Positions 23,579 to 32,000 of a stretch of 32,000 nt of DNA are shown piece after piece; positions within the stretch are counted from its first letter, which is position 1, and each line of letters begins with the position of its first letter. Location: NCBI GenBank assembly GCA_017608385.1, contig JAFCFZ010000002.1:10335-42334 (forward strand), given 5' to 3'. The position numbers were made by a program, and so were the translations under genes. The DNA comes from Candidatus Parvarchaeota archaeon (lineage in GTDB: Archaea; Nanobdellota; Nanobdellia; B33-G15). Under the pieces are notes generated by a model, which saw only the letters and a list, made by a program, of their open reading frames with translations, was not told the DNA's origin and did not search any database.

Positions 23579-25532
23579 GATGGAAAATATAAGATCTCAT
23601 AAAAAAACCAAAATAAATTTTGAAGAGGGAATTACAATAGTTTCTGGTAGAACTGGATCTGGAAAATCAAGTGTTTTGATGGGAATAGAATACTGTCTTT
23701 TTGGAGCTACAACAGGAATAAATAAAGGGGCTCTATTAAGAAGAGGTTCAAAAAAAGGGCATATCATCCTAGAAGTAGAACATAGAGGAAATAATTATAG
23801 AATAGCCAGAGGTTTTGTCAGGAGTGGGAAAAACATTCTTGGGGATCATAATGTCGGCTCTGTAAAGAAGAATAATGAAGAACTTCTGAAAATGGCCAGA
23901 GAAAATGATATCAACAAAAATGTTATGGATATCTTGGGCTATCCTGATGAATCAAAAGCCAAGAATCTCTTTGAAACAACAACTTACACAAAACAAGATG
24001 AAATAAGAAAACTAATCAATTTGACCAAAACAGAAAGAAAAGAGTACATTGACAGTGTTCTCAATTTATCCAAATATAAGATAGTTTGGGATAATTCTAT
24101 AGAAGTCACAAGAGAATTGAAACGGATTATTTCTGGATTAGAAGGAGAGATCAAATCAGAAGAAGTAATTAAAGATGAAATTGAAAATTCCAAGAAAAAA
24201 ATAGAAAATAATAAGTTAGGGTTAGAAGAAAACTCCAAAAAATTTGTTGATAAGAAAAGAGAATTTGAGAATTTTGAAGAGATTTTCAAGAAAAAACAAG
24301 AAGAAATCAATAAAATGGAGGAAATGGCTAAAAGATTTGATTCTGCTGAGAAAATAGTTTCTCTCAAAAAAAATGAAAACGAAAAAATTGAAACAGAAAA
24401 AAACGATTTATCTGAGCAAAAAAAATTGCTTGAAGGTAATGTCCTTCTTAGACATGATTATGAAACATCTTTAAGGGAATTTGAAGAAACAAAACAAAAG
24501 ATCTTTTCTGAAGAAAGAAGAATTAATGAAATAGAAAAAGAATATTCTGAGGTTCTAAAAATAGAGGGTGGAAAATGCCCAATGTGTAAGCAAGAAATTA
24601 ATGAAGAACATAAAGAAAAAATAAGACACGATTTTCAAAAAAAGAAGCAAGAGATTGATGAACTAATTTCTGAACTCAAAAAAAATCTTGAAACAAAGCA
24701 GGATAATCTTACAAAAGCAAAAAAACAAAAAGATTCTTTAGAAAAAATAAAGCAAATAAAATCAAAACTAGAAGATTTAGAAAAGAGATTCTTAGAAAAC
24801 ACGAGAATGATTGAGGAAAACATCATTCTTTCCAAAGAATTTGACAAACAAGAGTATGAATTCCTAAAAAAAGAACATCAAGAAATCATTGAAAAGAGAA
24901 TGGAGTTAAATTCTGAAAAAAACTCACTAATGAAAACAATAGAAATTTTAGAAGAGCAATTGAAAAACTTAGAAAAAGATTTAGATAGATTAAATTTAGA
25001 GCTCAAAAAAATGTTTGAAACCAAAGAAAAACTGGTTTTAATGAAATGTCTTTTAGAATTCTTCTCAAAAGCCAGAGAAGATATTAGAAATATAGGAGAT
25101 GTGGCAAGATCAAAGTTTATAAGAGATTTTAGAAAGGAATTCCAATCAAGGTTTGAAGAAATAAGAAGATGGGAACAAGAATATTCTGTTGATATAAAAC
25201 AAGATTATGAACCATTTGCATATACTGAAGGAGAAGAAGTTCCTATTTCTAACTTATCTGGTGGAGAAAAAACGAGTGTTGCATTAGCTTATAGGCTTGC
25301 TTTATCAGATATTGCTTCAAGGTTAGGTGGAGTTTCAAGGAGTAAAACATTGATCCTTGACGAACCTACAACTGGTTTTGATAGAGAAGATATAAAAGTT
25401 CTTCCAGAAGTATTGAGAAACATAAAAAATATTCCTCAAATAATCATTGTGACTCATGAATCAGAATTAAAAGAAGCCGCAGATCAAGAATTTATCGTTG
25501 AAAAAACGCAAACAGTATCAACTATTCAATAA
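23559..25532 (+). CDS. rad50: DNA repair ATPase Rad50 (short coiled coil)
   Basis: Walker A GRTGSGKSS, zinc hook GGKCPMCKQ in the middle of a Lys/Glu-rich coiled coil, signature LSGGEKTSVALAYRLAL and Walker B LILDEPT. The start is TTG at 23559. It keeps the conserved KIKSIEMENIRSH strand and overlaps the mre11 end by 20 nt. Confidence 0.9.
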   Translation: MKIKSIEMENIRSHKKTKINFEEGITIVSGRTGSGKSSVLMGIEYCLFGATTGINKGALLRRGSKKGHIILEVEHRGNNYRIARGFVRSGKNILGDHNVGSVKKNNEELLKMARENDINKNVMDILGYPDESKAKNLFETTTYTKQDEIRKLINLTKTERKEYIDSVLNLSKYKIVWDNSIEVTRELKRIISGLEGEIKSEEVIKDEIENSKKKIENNKLGLEENSKKFVDKKREFENFEEIFKKKQEEINKMEEMAKRFDSAEKIVSLKKNENEKIETEKNDLSEQKKLLEGNVLLRHDYETSLREFEETKQKIFSEERRINEIEKEYSEVLKIEGGKCPMCKQEINEEHKEKIRHDFQKKKQEIDELISELKKNLETKQDNLTKAKKQKDSLEKIKQIKSKLEDLEKRFLENTRMIEENIILSKEFDKQEYEFLKKEHQEIIEKRMELNSEKNSLMKTIEILEEQLKNLEKDLDRLNLELKKMFETKEKLVLMKCLLEFFSKAREDIRNIGDVARSKFIRDFRKEFQSRFEEIRRWEQEYSVDIKQDYEPFAYTEGEEVPISNLSGGEKTSVALAYRLALSDIASRLGGVSRSKTLILDEPTTGFDREDIKVLPEVLRNIKNIPQIIIVTHESELKEAADQEFIVEKTQTVSTIQ

Positions 25533-26028
25533 CCTTCTTGCCTTTTTTTTGTGGAACTATCTTTAATTTTGATCCCTTAAACTTTGATTTAACCCCAGAT
25601 ATTTCATAAAGAAAAATTCCAAGAGCAGCAACTTCAGAATGAGGTTGGTTTCCCACACCCAAATTATAATCAGATATCTCATACATTTCAGGAGGTACCT
25701 TTTCAGAACCTACCACAACAAGCAAATCCTTGTTTTTTAGTGTTCTTTTCTTTGATTTGAATTCTTCTCCATACATAGTCATATGGATTATTTTGAACCC
25801 TTGTTCCTTTTTTTCAGAAATAAGTTTTTTCCAATCTTTGACATATTTTGCTTGAAAGGGACCCCCCCATCTCTCTGCAACATCATTAATGCTCTTTATT
25901 GTTTTCTTATCATTTTCCCCAGAAATATAGATTTTTTCAGCACCAAAGGCTCTTGAAGTAAGACCACAATGAGTTGTTATCCTCTTATCCCTTTCACTTC
26001 TATGAGAAAGTCTTAAAACCTCTATCAT
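25522..26028 (-). CDS. trm56: tRNA (cytidine56-2'-O)-methyltransferase aTrm56 (SPOUT)
   Basis: MIEVLRLSHRSERDKRITTHCGLTSRAFGA, WGGPF, HMTMYG, VVVGSEKVP and NQPHSEVAALGIFL match the aTrm56 pattern along the full length. Confidence 0.88.
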   Translation of the reverse strand: MIEVLRLSHRSERDKRITTHCGLTSRAFGAEKIYISGENDKKTIKSINDVAERWGGPFQAKYVKDWKKLISEKKEQGFKIIHMTMYGEEFKSKKRTLKNKDLLVVVGSEKVPPEMYEISDYNLGVGNQPHSEVAALGIFLYEISGVKSKFKGSKLKIVPQKKGKKVIE

Positions 26029-26060
26029 AAACCAATTAAAACAGGGTTAGTATAAAAAAT

Positions 26061-27047
26061 ATGATGTATTGGACAAAAACAGAAGGGATTGGAGGAGAAA
26101 TCAAAAAATTTCCCGAGGATTTTATTGTAGAGGAAAAAAAAGATGGTAAAATCTGGACTATCAAATATGGTTTTTTGGATAAATTGATGAATTCATTTTC
26201 TAGAGGAAGTGGAGATCATATTCACTTAACACTTATCAAAAGAAATAGAACAACGATGGATATAACAAAACAAATTTCAAAAAAAATGGGGATCCATAAT
26301 TCAAAAATAGGTTATGCTGGATTAAAGGATAAACGGGCTATAACTTCTCAAAGAATCTCAATTGAAGCAGATATTGATGATGTAAAAAAAATCAATATCA
26401 GGGATGTTTACTTCAAAAACATTTCAAAGAATAAGAAAAAAATAAGGATAGGTCATTCTATGGGGAATGTTTTCACAATAAAAATAAGAAATGTGAAAAA
26501 AGACTCTCTAAAAATACTTCATAAATTTAAAAAATATGAAAAGCTTCCAAATTTATATGGCCCCCAAAGATTTGGAGGGAATGAAGATATTGGAAGAGAA
26601 TTGGTTAAGGGCGATCTAAAAAGCGCAGTAGAATTAATTTCAACTCACTCTGGATATTTTGAAAGACGGGTCAAAACAATGATAAATCATCCTAAAAGGG
26701 CCATAAAACATGTTCCAAGAAAAATAATGATTTTCTATAAAAATGCATATCAAAGTTATGTATTTAACAAAGCATTGGAGGAATATGGGTGGAAATCTCC
26801 TAAATTTCTTCCTCTTCCCGGATTTAAAACAGAATTAGATGAAGTAACCAAAAAAATCCTTGAAAATGAAGGTGTCAAAAAGTCTGATTTTAAAAAAAAT
26901 AGAATGAAAGGAACATTTAGAAGAAGTTTTTTTATCCCGGAATGGATAAATGAAAAACAAAGGGGAAATGACATGATCTTAAAATTCTTCCTTAGAAAAG
27001 GAACATATGCTACTACATTACTTAGAGAATTGATGAAGAATGGATAA
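26061..27047 (+). CDS. truD: tRNA pseudouridine synthase TruD/Pus7 family
   Basis: FPEDFIVEE, IGYAGLKDKRAITSQRISI (catalytic Asp), YGPQRFG and RKGTYATTLLRE. Confidence 0.9.
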   Translation: MMYWTKTEGIGGEIKKFPEDFIVEEKKDGKIWTIKYGFLDKLMNSFSRGSGDHIHLTLIKRNRTTMDITKQISKKMGIHNSKIGYAGLKDKRAITSQRISIEADIDDVKKINIRDVYFKNISKNKKKIRIGHSMGNVFTIKIRNVKKDSLKILHKFKKYEKLPNLYGPQRFGGNEDIGRELVKGDLKSAVELISTHSGYFERRVKTMINHPKRAIKHVPRKIMIFYKNAYQSYVFNKALEEYGWKSPKFLPLPGFKTELDEVTKKILENEGVKKSDFKKNRMKGTFRRSFFIPEWINEKQRGNDMILKFFLRKGTYATTLLRELMKNG

Positions 27048-28293
27048 AAAAATAGTATTTGGGATAATTGCAATAATCCAAATATTTGCGGCTTTAAACA
27101 CATTGGACATTAGATGGGATGAAGCAGCTTACATTATGAATTCTAAATACTTCTCAGGACAAGATATCTATCTTGAATTGATTAGACCTCCAATTCTATC
27201 ATTATTACTGATTCCATTTAATTGGTCATTGATAGGAATGAGGCTTCTTTATGCTTTCATTGGAATGCTTGTTAGTTACTTAGCTTATTGTATTTGTGTT
27301 GAATATAAGAAAGAAAGAGCAGGAAAAACCGCGGCTTTACTAATTGCAACAAACTCACTATTCTTTTATTGGTCACATTGGATATATTCTGAAATCCCAA
27401 CAACAATGTTCATACTTGCGAGCATCTTGTTTTTCATACGTTATGATAAAAAAAGTAAGGATAAGGATCTTTATTTAGCATTTTTTATGGCATCTCTTTC
27501 TTTTTTGACAAGATACACCTCTGGAATAATCTTTCCTGTTTTAATATTAATGTTAATTATTAATAAAAAGGCAGATTGGAAGATAATTCCTTCTATTATA
27601 GTATTCCTCTTACCTATTCTTCCTTGGTTATTTTATAATTTGCTTCAGTCTGGAGATTTATTTTACACATTTATTTGGGGTGTTTTTTGGCCTGCATCAA
27701 ACACGAGTAATTTTTGGACATATTTCATAAATCTTCCAATAATATTTACCTCCCAATTAGTGCTATTACCATTAATTTTCAAAAAAGGGAATAAAAAGTA
27801 TTCAAACATCTTTCTCTTTCCTTTGATTTTATTTGTATTTTATCAAATATTTAGTTATAAAGAATCAAGATTTTTCATTCAAATCGTTCCATTTGTGTTA
27901 ATACTTGTTTCTTTTGAGGTAAAGAAATTGGAAAAATTCCTACCAATTATAATGGTTTCTGGTCTGCTATTTGGTCAAATTCTTGTCTCTCCTAATATTA
28001 TGTGTGGTCAAGATGCTTTCTCAAAAGTAGGAGAATTAGAAGGAATGGTTCTTTCAGTAGCATGGCCATTAAATGCTTATTACTCAAATGTAAAGGTAAA
28101 GGCATTCCCTGAAAATTCAGAAGAATTTGAAACTTTTTTAGATGAATTCAATATTACTTATATAATAACGTCTGATGCATATGGTTGGCCAGAATATGCT
28201 AAAAATCAGGACTTTTTTTCAGATTATGAACTATACAAACAAACCACTGATTTGTGCAAAAATGTGTGGGTTTACTCTTTGCAAAAAACTTAA
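27040..28293 (+). CDS. GT-C fold membrane glycosyltransferase (ArnT/PMT-like, GT39/83-type)
   Basis: 417 aa with about 10 or more TM helices. There is an early extracytoplasmic-loop WDEAAY (DE motif) followed by LIRPPI, and the C-terminal domain is soluble. No STT3 WWDYG motif, so this is not AglB. Confidence 0.6.
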   Translation: MDKKIVFGIIAIIQIFAALNTLDIRWDEAAYIMNSKYFSGQDIYLELIRPPILSLLLIPFNWSLIGMRLLYAFIGMLVSYLAYCICVEYKKERAGKTAALLIATNSLFFYWSHWIYSEIPTTMFILASILFFIRYDKKSKDKDLYLAFFMASLSFLTRYTSGIIFPVLILMLIINKKADWKIIPSIIVFLLPILPWLFYNLLQSGDLFYTFIWGVFWPASNTSNFWTYFINLPIIFTSQLVLLPLIFKKGNKKYSNIFLFPLILFVFYQIFSYKESRFFIQIVPFVLILVSFEVKKLEKFLPIIMVSGLLFGQILVSPNIMCGQDAFSKVGELEGMVLSVAWPLNAYYSNVKVKAFPENSEEFETFLDEFNITYIITSDAYGWPEYAKNQDFFSDYELYKQTTDLCKNVWVYSLQKT

Positions 28294-28319
28294 TAAGGCT
28301 TGGGAGGACTTTTTTTATA

Positions 28320-29573
28320 ATGGATTTAAAATTCCTCATATTGATGGGTTTGTATTATTTTATGATATACACTTGTGTGTTTTGGTTCATAGTTTATTTC
28401 AGAAATAGAAGAAATGTGGAAAAAAATCCTTTTCCTAAAAGATTTCCGAAAGTTAGTGTAATTATTCCAGTATGGAATGGGGAAAGAACAATTAAGAGAG
28501 CAATAGATTCTTGTATTAAGTTAAATTATCCTGACAAAGAGATTATAGTTGTTAATGATGGATCTACAGATAGAACAAGAGAAATATGTGAAACTTATGT
28601 AAAGAAAAACAAAATAGTCTTAGTGAACAAAGAAAATGGAGGAAAAGCAACAGCACTTAATTTAGGAATTAAAAAAGCCACAGGAGAATTAGTTGCTTGT
28701 TTGGATGCAGATTCTTACTTTAGCAAAAAAGCAATATTGAATATGGTTGGTTATTTCAATGATAAAAAGGTCGCAGCTGTTACTCCTGCAATGAAACTTA
28801 CTGAAGATAAAACTATCTGGCAAAAAATCCAATTAATTGAATATTATTTTTCAATATATCTAAGAAAAGTGTTTAGTTTTGTTGGTTCCCAATATGTAAC
28901 TCCTGGTCCTGGTTCTATGTATAGAAGAGAAATTATCCAAAAAGTAGGTGGTTTTGAAGAAGGAAACATCACAGAAGATATGGAAATAGCATTTAGGATT
29001 ATGGATGCTGGATATGATATAGAAAACTCAGCAAATGCTTATACTTACACAGAAGGTCCTGAAACCTTTAAAGAACTAGTAAAACAAAGAACAAGATGGT
29101 ATGCTGGATACTTAGAAAATGTGAACAAATACAGAAAGATGTTATTTAATCCAAGATTCAATGTTCTTGGGCTCTTTTTACTCCCAACCAATTTCCTTTG
29201 GATATTCACTTTATTTTATGTGAGTTATATGAGTATTGATGCTACTCTAATGTATGCTTCAGAATCTGTTAGGAGTTTGATGGCAATTAATTTTGATATA
29301 TGGCCCTTAATTGCCAATTTTAAATTTGATTTTGACTTGTTATTTGCAATAAATCCCCTTACAATCCTTGCTCTATTATTTGTAGTTATGTCTATAATTG
29401 TTATTTACTTATCATACAAAGTTTCAGATGAAAAAATAACCAAAAAATATGTACCCCATTTGTTTGGTTATTTCTTTATTTACTTTGCATTATTGTCTTT
29501 ATTTTTTGCTTCAGCAATAACTTACAAGTTAGTGAGAGGAGGGAATACTAAATGGAAAGGCGCGGAGATGTAG
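28320..29573 (+). CDS. Processive family-2 glycosyltransferase (PgaC/NodC/cellulose-synthase-like polysaccharide synthase)
   Basis: VSVIIPVWNGE, VVNDGSTDRT, LDADS, GPGSMYRR, ITEDMEIAFR (TED) and QRTRWYAGY (QxxRW), with TM helices flanking the catalytic domain. The track ORF begins with GTG at 28254; the ATG at 28320 has a GGAGG box about 13 nt upstream and avoids overlap. Confidence 0.8.
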   Translation: MDLKFLILMGLYYFMIYTCVFWFIVYFRNRRNVEKNPFPKRFPKVSVIIPVWNGERTIKRAIDSCIKLNYPDKEIIVVNDGSTDRTREICETYVKKNKIVLVNKENGGKATALNLGIKKATGELVACLDADSYFSKKAILNMVGYFNDKKVAAVTPAMKLTEDKTIWQKIQLIEYYFSIYLRKVFSFVGSQYVTPGPGSMYRREIIQKVGGFEEGNITEDMEIAFRIMDAGYDIENSANAYTYTEGPETFKELVKQRTRWYAGYLENVNKYRKMLFNPRFNVLGLFLLPTNFLWIFTLFYVSYMSIDATLMYASESVRSLMAINFDIWPLIANFKFDFDLLFAINPLTILALLFVVMSIIVIYLSYKVSDEKITKKYVPHLFGYFFIYFALLSLFFASAITYKLVRGGNTKWKGAEM

Positions 29574-30226
29574 AACTCTTCTTAGTAACGGGGGTTATTT
29601 CTTCAATGATCTTTTTTGTAGGTCTTTTTATGGGTTTTTCAATAGGGGGGCAAAAGATGTCCATTCTCCAAAACAGCATTAATAATTTAGAACAAAATAT
29701 CCAAGCAGCTAATCTTCACTTCAATGTTCTTGAAATAATGAATGAGTCTGTTTCTTGTGACTTTATGATATCCTTAGCGGATGAATTAGGAACAGAAGCA
29801 AGTGAATTAGGTAGAAGATTAGAACAAATGGAAATTGAAGGAAGAATGATGACCGAAGATTATACTGTTCTAAAAAGAAATTATATGGTGGTTTTAATCA
29901 ATGATTGGGTTACTATAGAAGAGATTAAAATGAGATGTGAAACAAACATGTCAACTGTGTTGTATTTTTATTCAAATGTTAATTGTTTAAATTGTGAAGA
30001 GCAAGCATCTGTTTTGAATTACTACAAAAAGATTTTGGACAGTAATCTAATGATCTTTTCCCTAGATGCTGATACAGATTTAACAGTAATAAATGCTTTA
30101 ACAAGTACATATAGTATAAGCGAATATCCTTCTTTATTAGTCAATGGAGAAGTCCATAGAAAATATGTTAGCAAAACAAATATGAGTTCTTATCTATGTG
30201 ACTTCTCTAATTATTCAATGTGTTAA
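29552..30226 (+). CDS. Membrane-anchored extracytoplasmic thioredoxin-fold protein with CxxC
   Basis: The N-terminal TM is LFLVTGVISSMIFFVGLFMGF, followed by a helical linker. Then VLYFYSNVNCLNCEEQ (strand-CxxC-helix) and EYPSLLVNGE (cis-Pro loop) appear in thioredoxin order. A GGAGG box lies upstream. Confidence 0.5.
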   Translation: MERRGDVELFLVTGVISSMIFFVGLFMGFSIGGQKMSILQNSINNLEQNIQAANLHFNVLEIMNESVSCDFMISLADELGTEASELGRRLEQMEIEGRMMTEDYTVLKRNYMVVLINDWVTIEEIKMRCETNMSTVLYFYSNVNCLNCEEQASVLNYYKKILDSNLMIFSLDADTDLTVINALTSTYSISEYPSLLVNGEVHRKYVSKTNMSSYLCDFSNYSMC

Positions 30227-30558
30227 ACACCAAGTAATCCTGCATCAGTTAACATAACAGAAATGTAACATCTTCCATTCTTTATTCTAGGACAAACAGT
30301 TCCATCAGTGTAACAATCACAAGCACACATAGTTTCCATTCCTTGTTCAACAATATTTTCATATCTACACTCGCAAGATTCAATAAAGGAATCATTTAGA
30401 TAATCTGAACTTGTTATATTCTCTCCATATAACCTACAGACTTCATTTTTCCCTTCAAAAATTTCTCCAAACCTAATCATGGTGTAAGCTTGAATAATTG
30501 CAAATGTAATTATGATAGTCAAAGCGAAAAATATTATCATGTAATGTATGTTTTTCAT
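30223..30558 (-). CDS. Small membrane-anchored cysteine-rich protein
   Basis: 111 aa. N-terminal TM is MIIFFALTIIITFAII, and the short ectodomain has 9 Cys (CECRY, CACDCY, CPRIKNGRC). It lies directly downstream of the S-layer-like gene. Confidence 0.4.
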   Translation of the reverse strand: MKNIHYMIIFFALTIIITFAIIQAYTMIRFGEIFEGKNEVCRLYGENITSSDYLNDSFIESCECRYENIVEQGMETMCACDCYTDGTVCPRIKNGRCYISVMLTDAGLLGV

Positions 30559-30591
30559 AAATAAAAGAAAAAGATGAAAGGTTTAAAACCT

Positions 30592-32000
30592 TTACGTAAC
30601 GACTGTGGCATCAGTATAATCAGTGACAGCAACACCTGTTGTGTCTAGAACTATCCTGCTTAATCCTGCCCAATTGTCTCCGAGGACTGTGTCTCCGAAT
30701 AACAATTCTCTAGCTAAGAGTCTGCAAGCAATTCTTGTGCCGTCTGCTTCAAAACCTGCAACAACTAATGCATCGTATGTGTCGAATGCTTCGTCAACTA
30801 AGTCTATAATGGCTCTGTCTTCCATTACATAGCTTCCATCTGTTTGGTTTCTCCATTGATCAAGTGTTAAGGTAGCATTACCTAAACTATTGACTTTGGT
30901 ATTAACCGCTGGTCCACCTACCAAAATAACTGGCTTGTCAATTGTTGACAATTCAGTATCCATCTTGGCAAATGTTGGAGCTATCTTGTTGATTGTGCTT
31001 CCTCCACCCGCTGTTATTTTTGCGTCAGCTATTTTTGAATCGGTCTCGCCAACAGATACAGTAAATATTGATGGTTGCTTTCTACCAACTGAAAACTTAA
31101 CAGTTCTCTTGGTCTCTGGAATAGCAAAGGAGTATGTTCCTCCGCTTAACAAAGCTGAAGTACCATATTTATTGTATTTTAGTTCTGTTCCGATTGTTTC
31201 AACAGTGGATCCGATCTTTCCGTTATTTCCAAACTCAACATATGTACTTCCAATTCCTTCATTTGGCATAATGACATTCAACCTTTCATTTGTGATTGAA
31301 TAACTTAAGTTATATGCCGATCCTCCAAATTCTGGTACGAAAACATTTGACATATTTGCGTAAAATTTGGTTGGAGTTATATTGAGTTCATTTGCTGCTG
31401 TAGCATTATCTACAGATGCATCGAATCTATACCAAACATTTGTAATGTTTACAACATCTGCTTTCGTTATGTTTGATAAAACAAGAATTCCACCAGTTGT
31501 TGTTATGTTATATCTGGTCCAGTCATCTAGATCACCTAAAAAGTCATCTTGACCATGTGTCCACTGTCTAACTAAATATTCGGTTGGACCTTGGCCTAAC
31601 CAAATAGTATCTTCCGATTCATTGTACGTTGATGGTCCAGTGTCCCAAGCGGGTATCGTTTGGTTGTCTAGATTGAAGAAAACGTAATCTCCATCAGCAT
31701 CCACAAACGAAAATTCAGCCTCTTCCGGATCTAAGTTAATTTCCTCTTCAACTTCCAAGAAAGTTACCTCATTTCCAGTTGATTCGAACCACAAACCGTC
31801 GTTGTATATATGGAAGTAGTCTTCTGGTGAAGATTCTGTTACTCCCACACCCATGGTGGAACCTGAAGTGCCGGCTGTTGGGAAATCTTTAGCTGTGTAA
31901 AGACTAATCCAATTAATTCCAGTACTTGAGTTTCCGAAATCAGTTAACCAATTATCACCATAGGAGTAATTTGAACCACCGTTCTGTATTGTTACTCCAG
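30592..32000 (-). CDS. S-layer / major surface glycoprotein candidate; 5' end outside the window
   Basis: The frame stays open upstream of the track's first Met (31854) to the window edge, by my translation: ...GVTIQNGGSNYSYGDNWLTDFGNSSTGINW...GSTMGVG. It is rich in Thr, Gly, Asn and Val with many N-x-S/T sequons. The C-terminal PVILVGGPAVNTKV...ALVVAGFEADGT resembles methanogen-type S-layer C-terminal domains. G+C is visibly higher than in neighbouring genes. Confidence 0.6.
   Translation of the reverse strand, partial: GVTIQNGGSNYSYGDNWLTDFGNSSTGINWISLYTAKDFPTAGTSGSTMGVGVTESSPEDYFHIYNDGLWFESTGNEVTFLEVEEEINLDPEEAEFSFVDADGDYVFFNLDNQTIPAWDTGPSTYNESEDTIWLGQGPTEYLVRQWTHGQDDFLGDLDDWTRYNITTTGGILVLSNITKADVVNITNVWYRFDASVDNATAANELNITPTKFYANMSNVFVPEFGGSAYNLSYSITNERLNVIMPNEGIGSTYVEFGNNGKIGSTVETIGTELKYNKYGTSALLSGGTYSFAIPETKRTVKFSVGRKQPSIFTVSVGETDSKIADAKITAGGGSTINKIAPTFAKMDTELSTIDKPVILVGGPAVNTKVNSLGNATLTLDQWRNQTDGSYVMEDRAIIDLVDEAFDTYDALVVAGFEADGTRIACRLLARELLFGDTVLGDNWAGLSRIVLDTTGVAVTDYTDATVVT

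Noticed and set aside
1-32000. CRISPR arrays, rRNA genes, long direct or inverted repeats, IS elements.
   Set aside because: Scanning the intergenic spacers by eye, most of which are under 60 nt, I saw no periodic repeat-spacer structure, no rRNA-like conserved blocks and no terminal inverted repeats. The only repeat pair is the tRNA-derived one reported above. A computational repeat search would be needed to exclude short dispersed repeats.

Overview
The window is AT-rich, very gene-dense and clearly archaeal. Archaeal markers are tRNA-splicing endonuclease EndA, aEF-1beta, ribosomal protein eS17, Pth2, aTrm56, TruD, an archaeal-type LeuRS, Mre11/Rad50 and a tRNA intron with a bulge-helix-bulge (BHB) motif. 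Small proteins, frequent gene overlaps, an AMP phosphorylase plus ribose-1,5-bisphosphate isomerase pair and a decayed diphthamide gene suggest a genome-reduced, DPANN-like archaeon; this lineage call is inference. Most of the window is housekeeping (translation, tRNA processing, DNA repair) and cell envelope (S-layer, glycosyltransferases, secreted or Cys-rich proteins). I found no CRISPR array, integrase, transposase or recognisable defence island. Six items deserve a second look. (1) tRNA-Arg(UCU) carries a 64-nt intron at the canonical position; besides a textbook BHB, the intron has a K-turn and box C/D-like spacing. (2) About 320 bp away lies an orphan tRNA 3' half that still keeps the intron-proximal half of the BHB. 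It is either a split-tRNA half or an integration scar. (3) A roughly 165-nt G+C-rich island at 6214-6378 looks like a structured RNA, with a long terminal helix and a perfect CUGA...GUGAUGA K-loop, and I cannot assign it to a class. (4) A RimK-type ATP-grasp ligase, a DTGA retropepsin-like protease and a degenerate PP-loop zinc-ribbon protein form an apparent operon. It converges on a translationally coupled pth2 and AstE/AspA-like amidohydrolase pair, in an organism that lacks RimK's known substrate bS6. (5) A 65-aa N-terminal remnant of Dph2 is present. (6) An envelope block combines a GT-C glycosyltransferase, a processive GT2 synthase, a membrane-anchored CxxC thioredoxin-like protein and Cys-rich secreted proteins. 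All functional calls come from reading motifs by eye; no database search was run.
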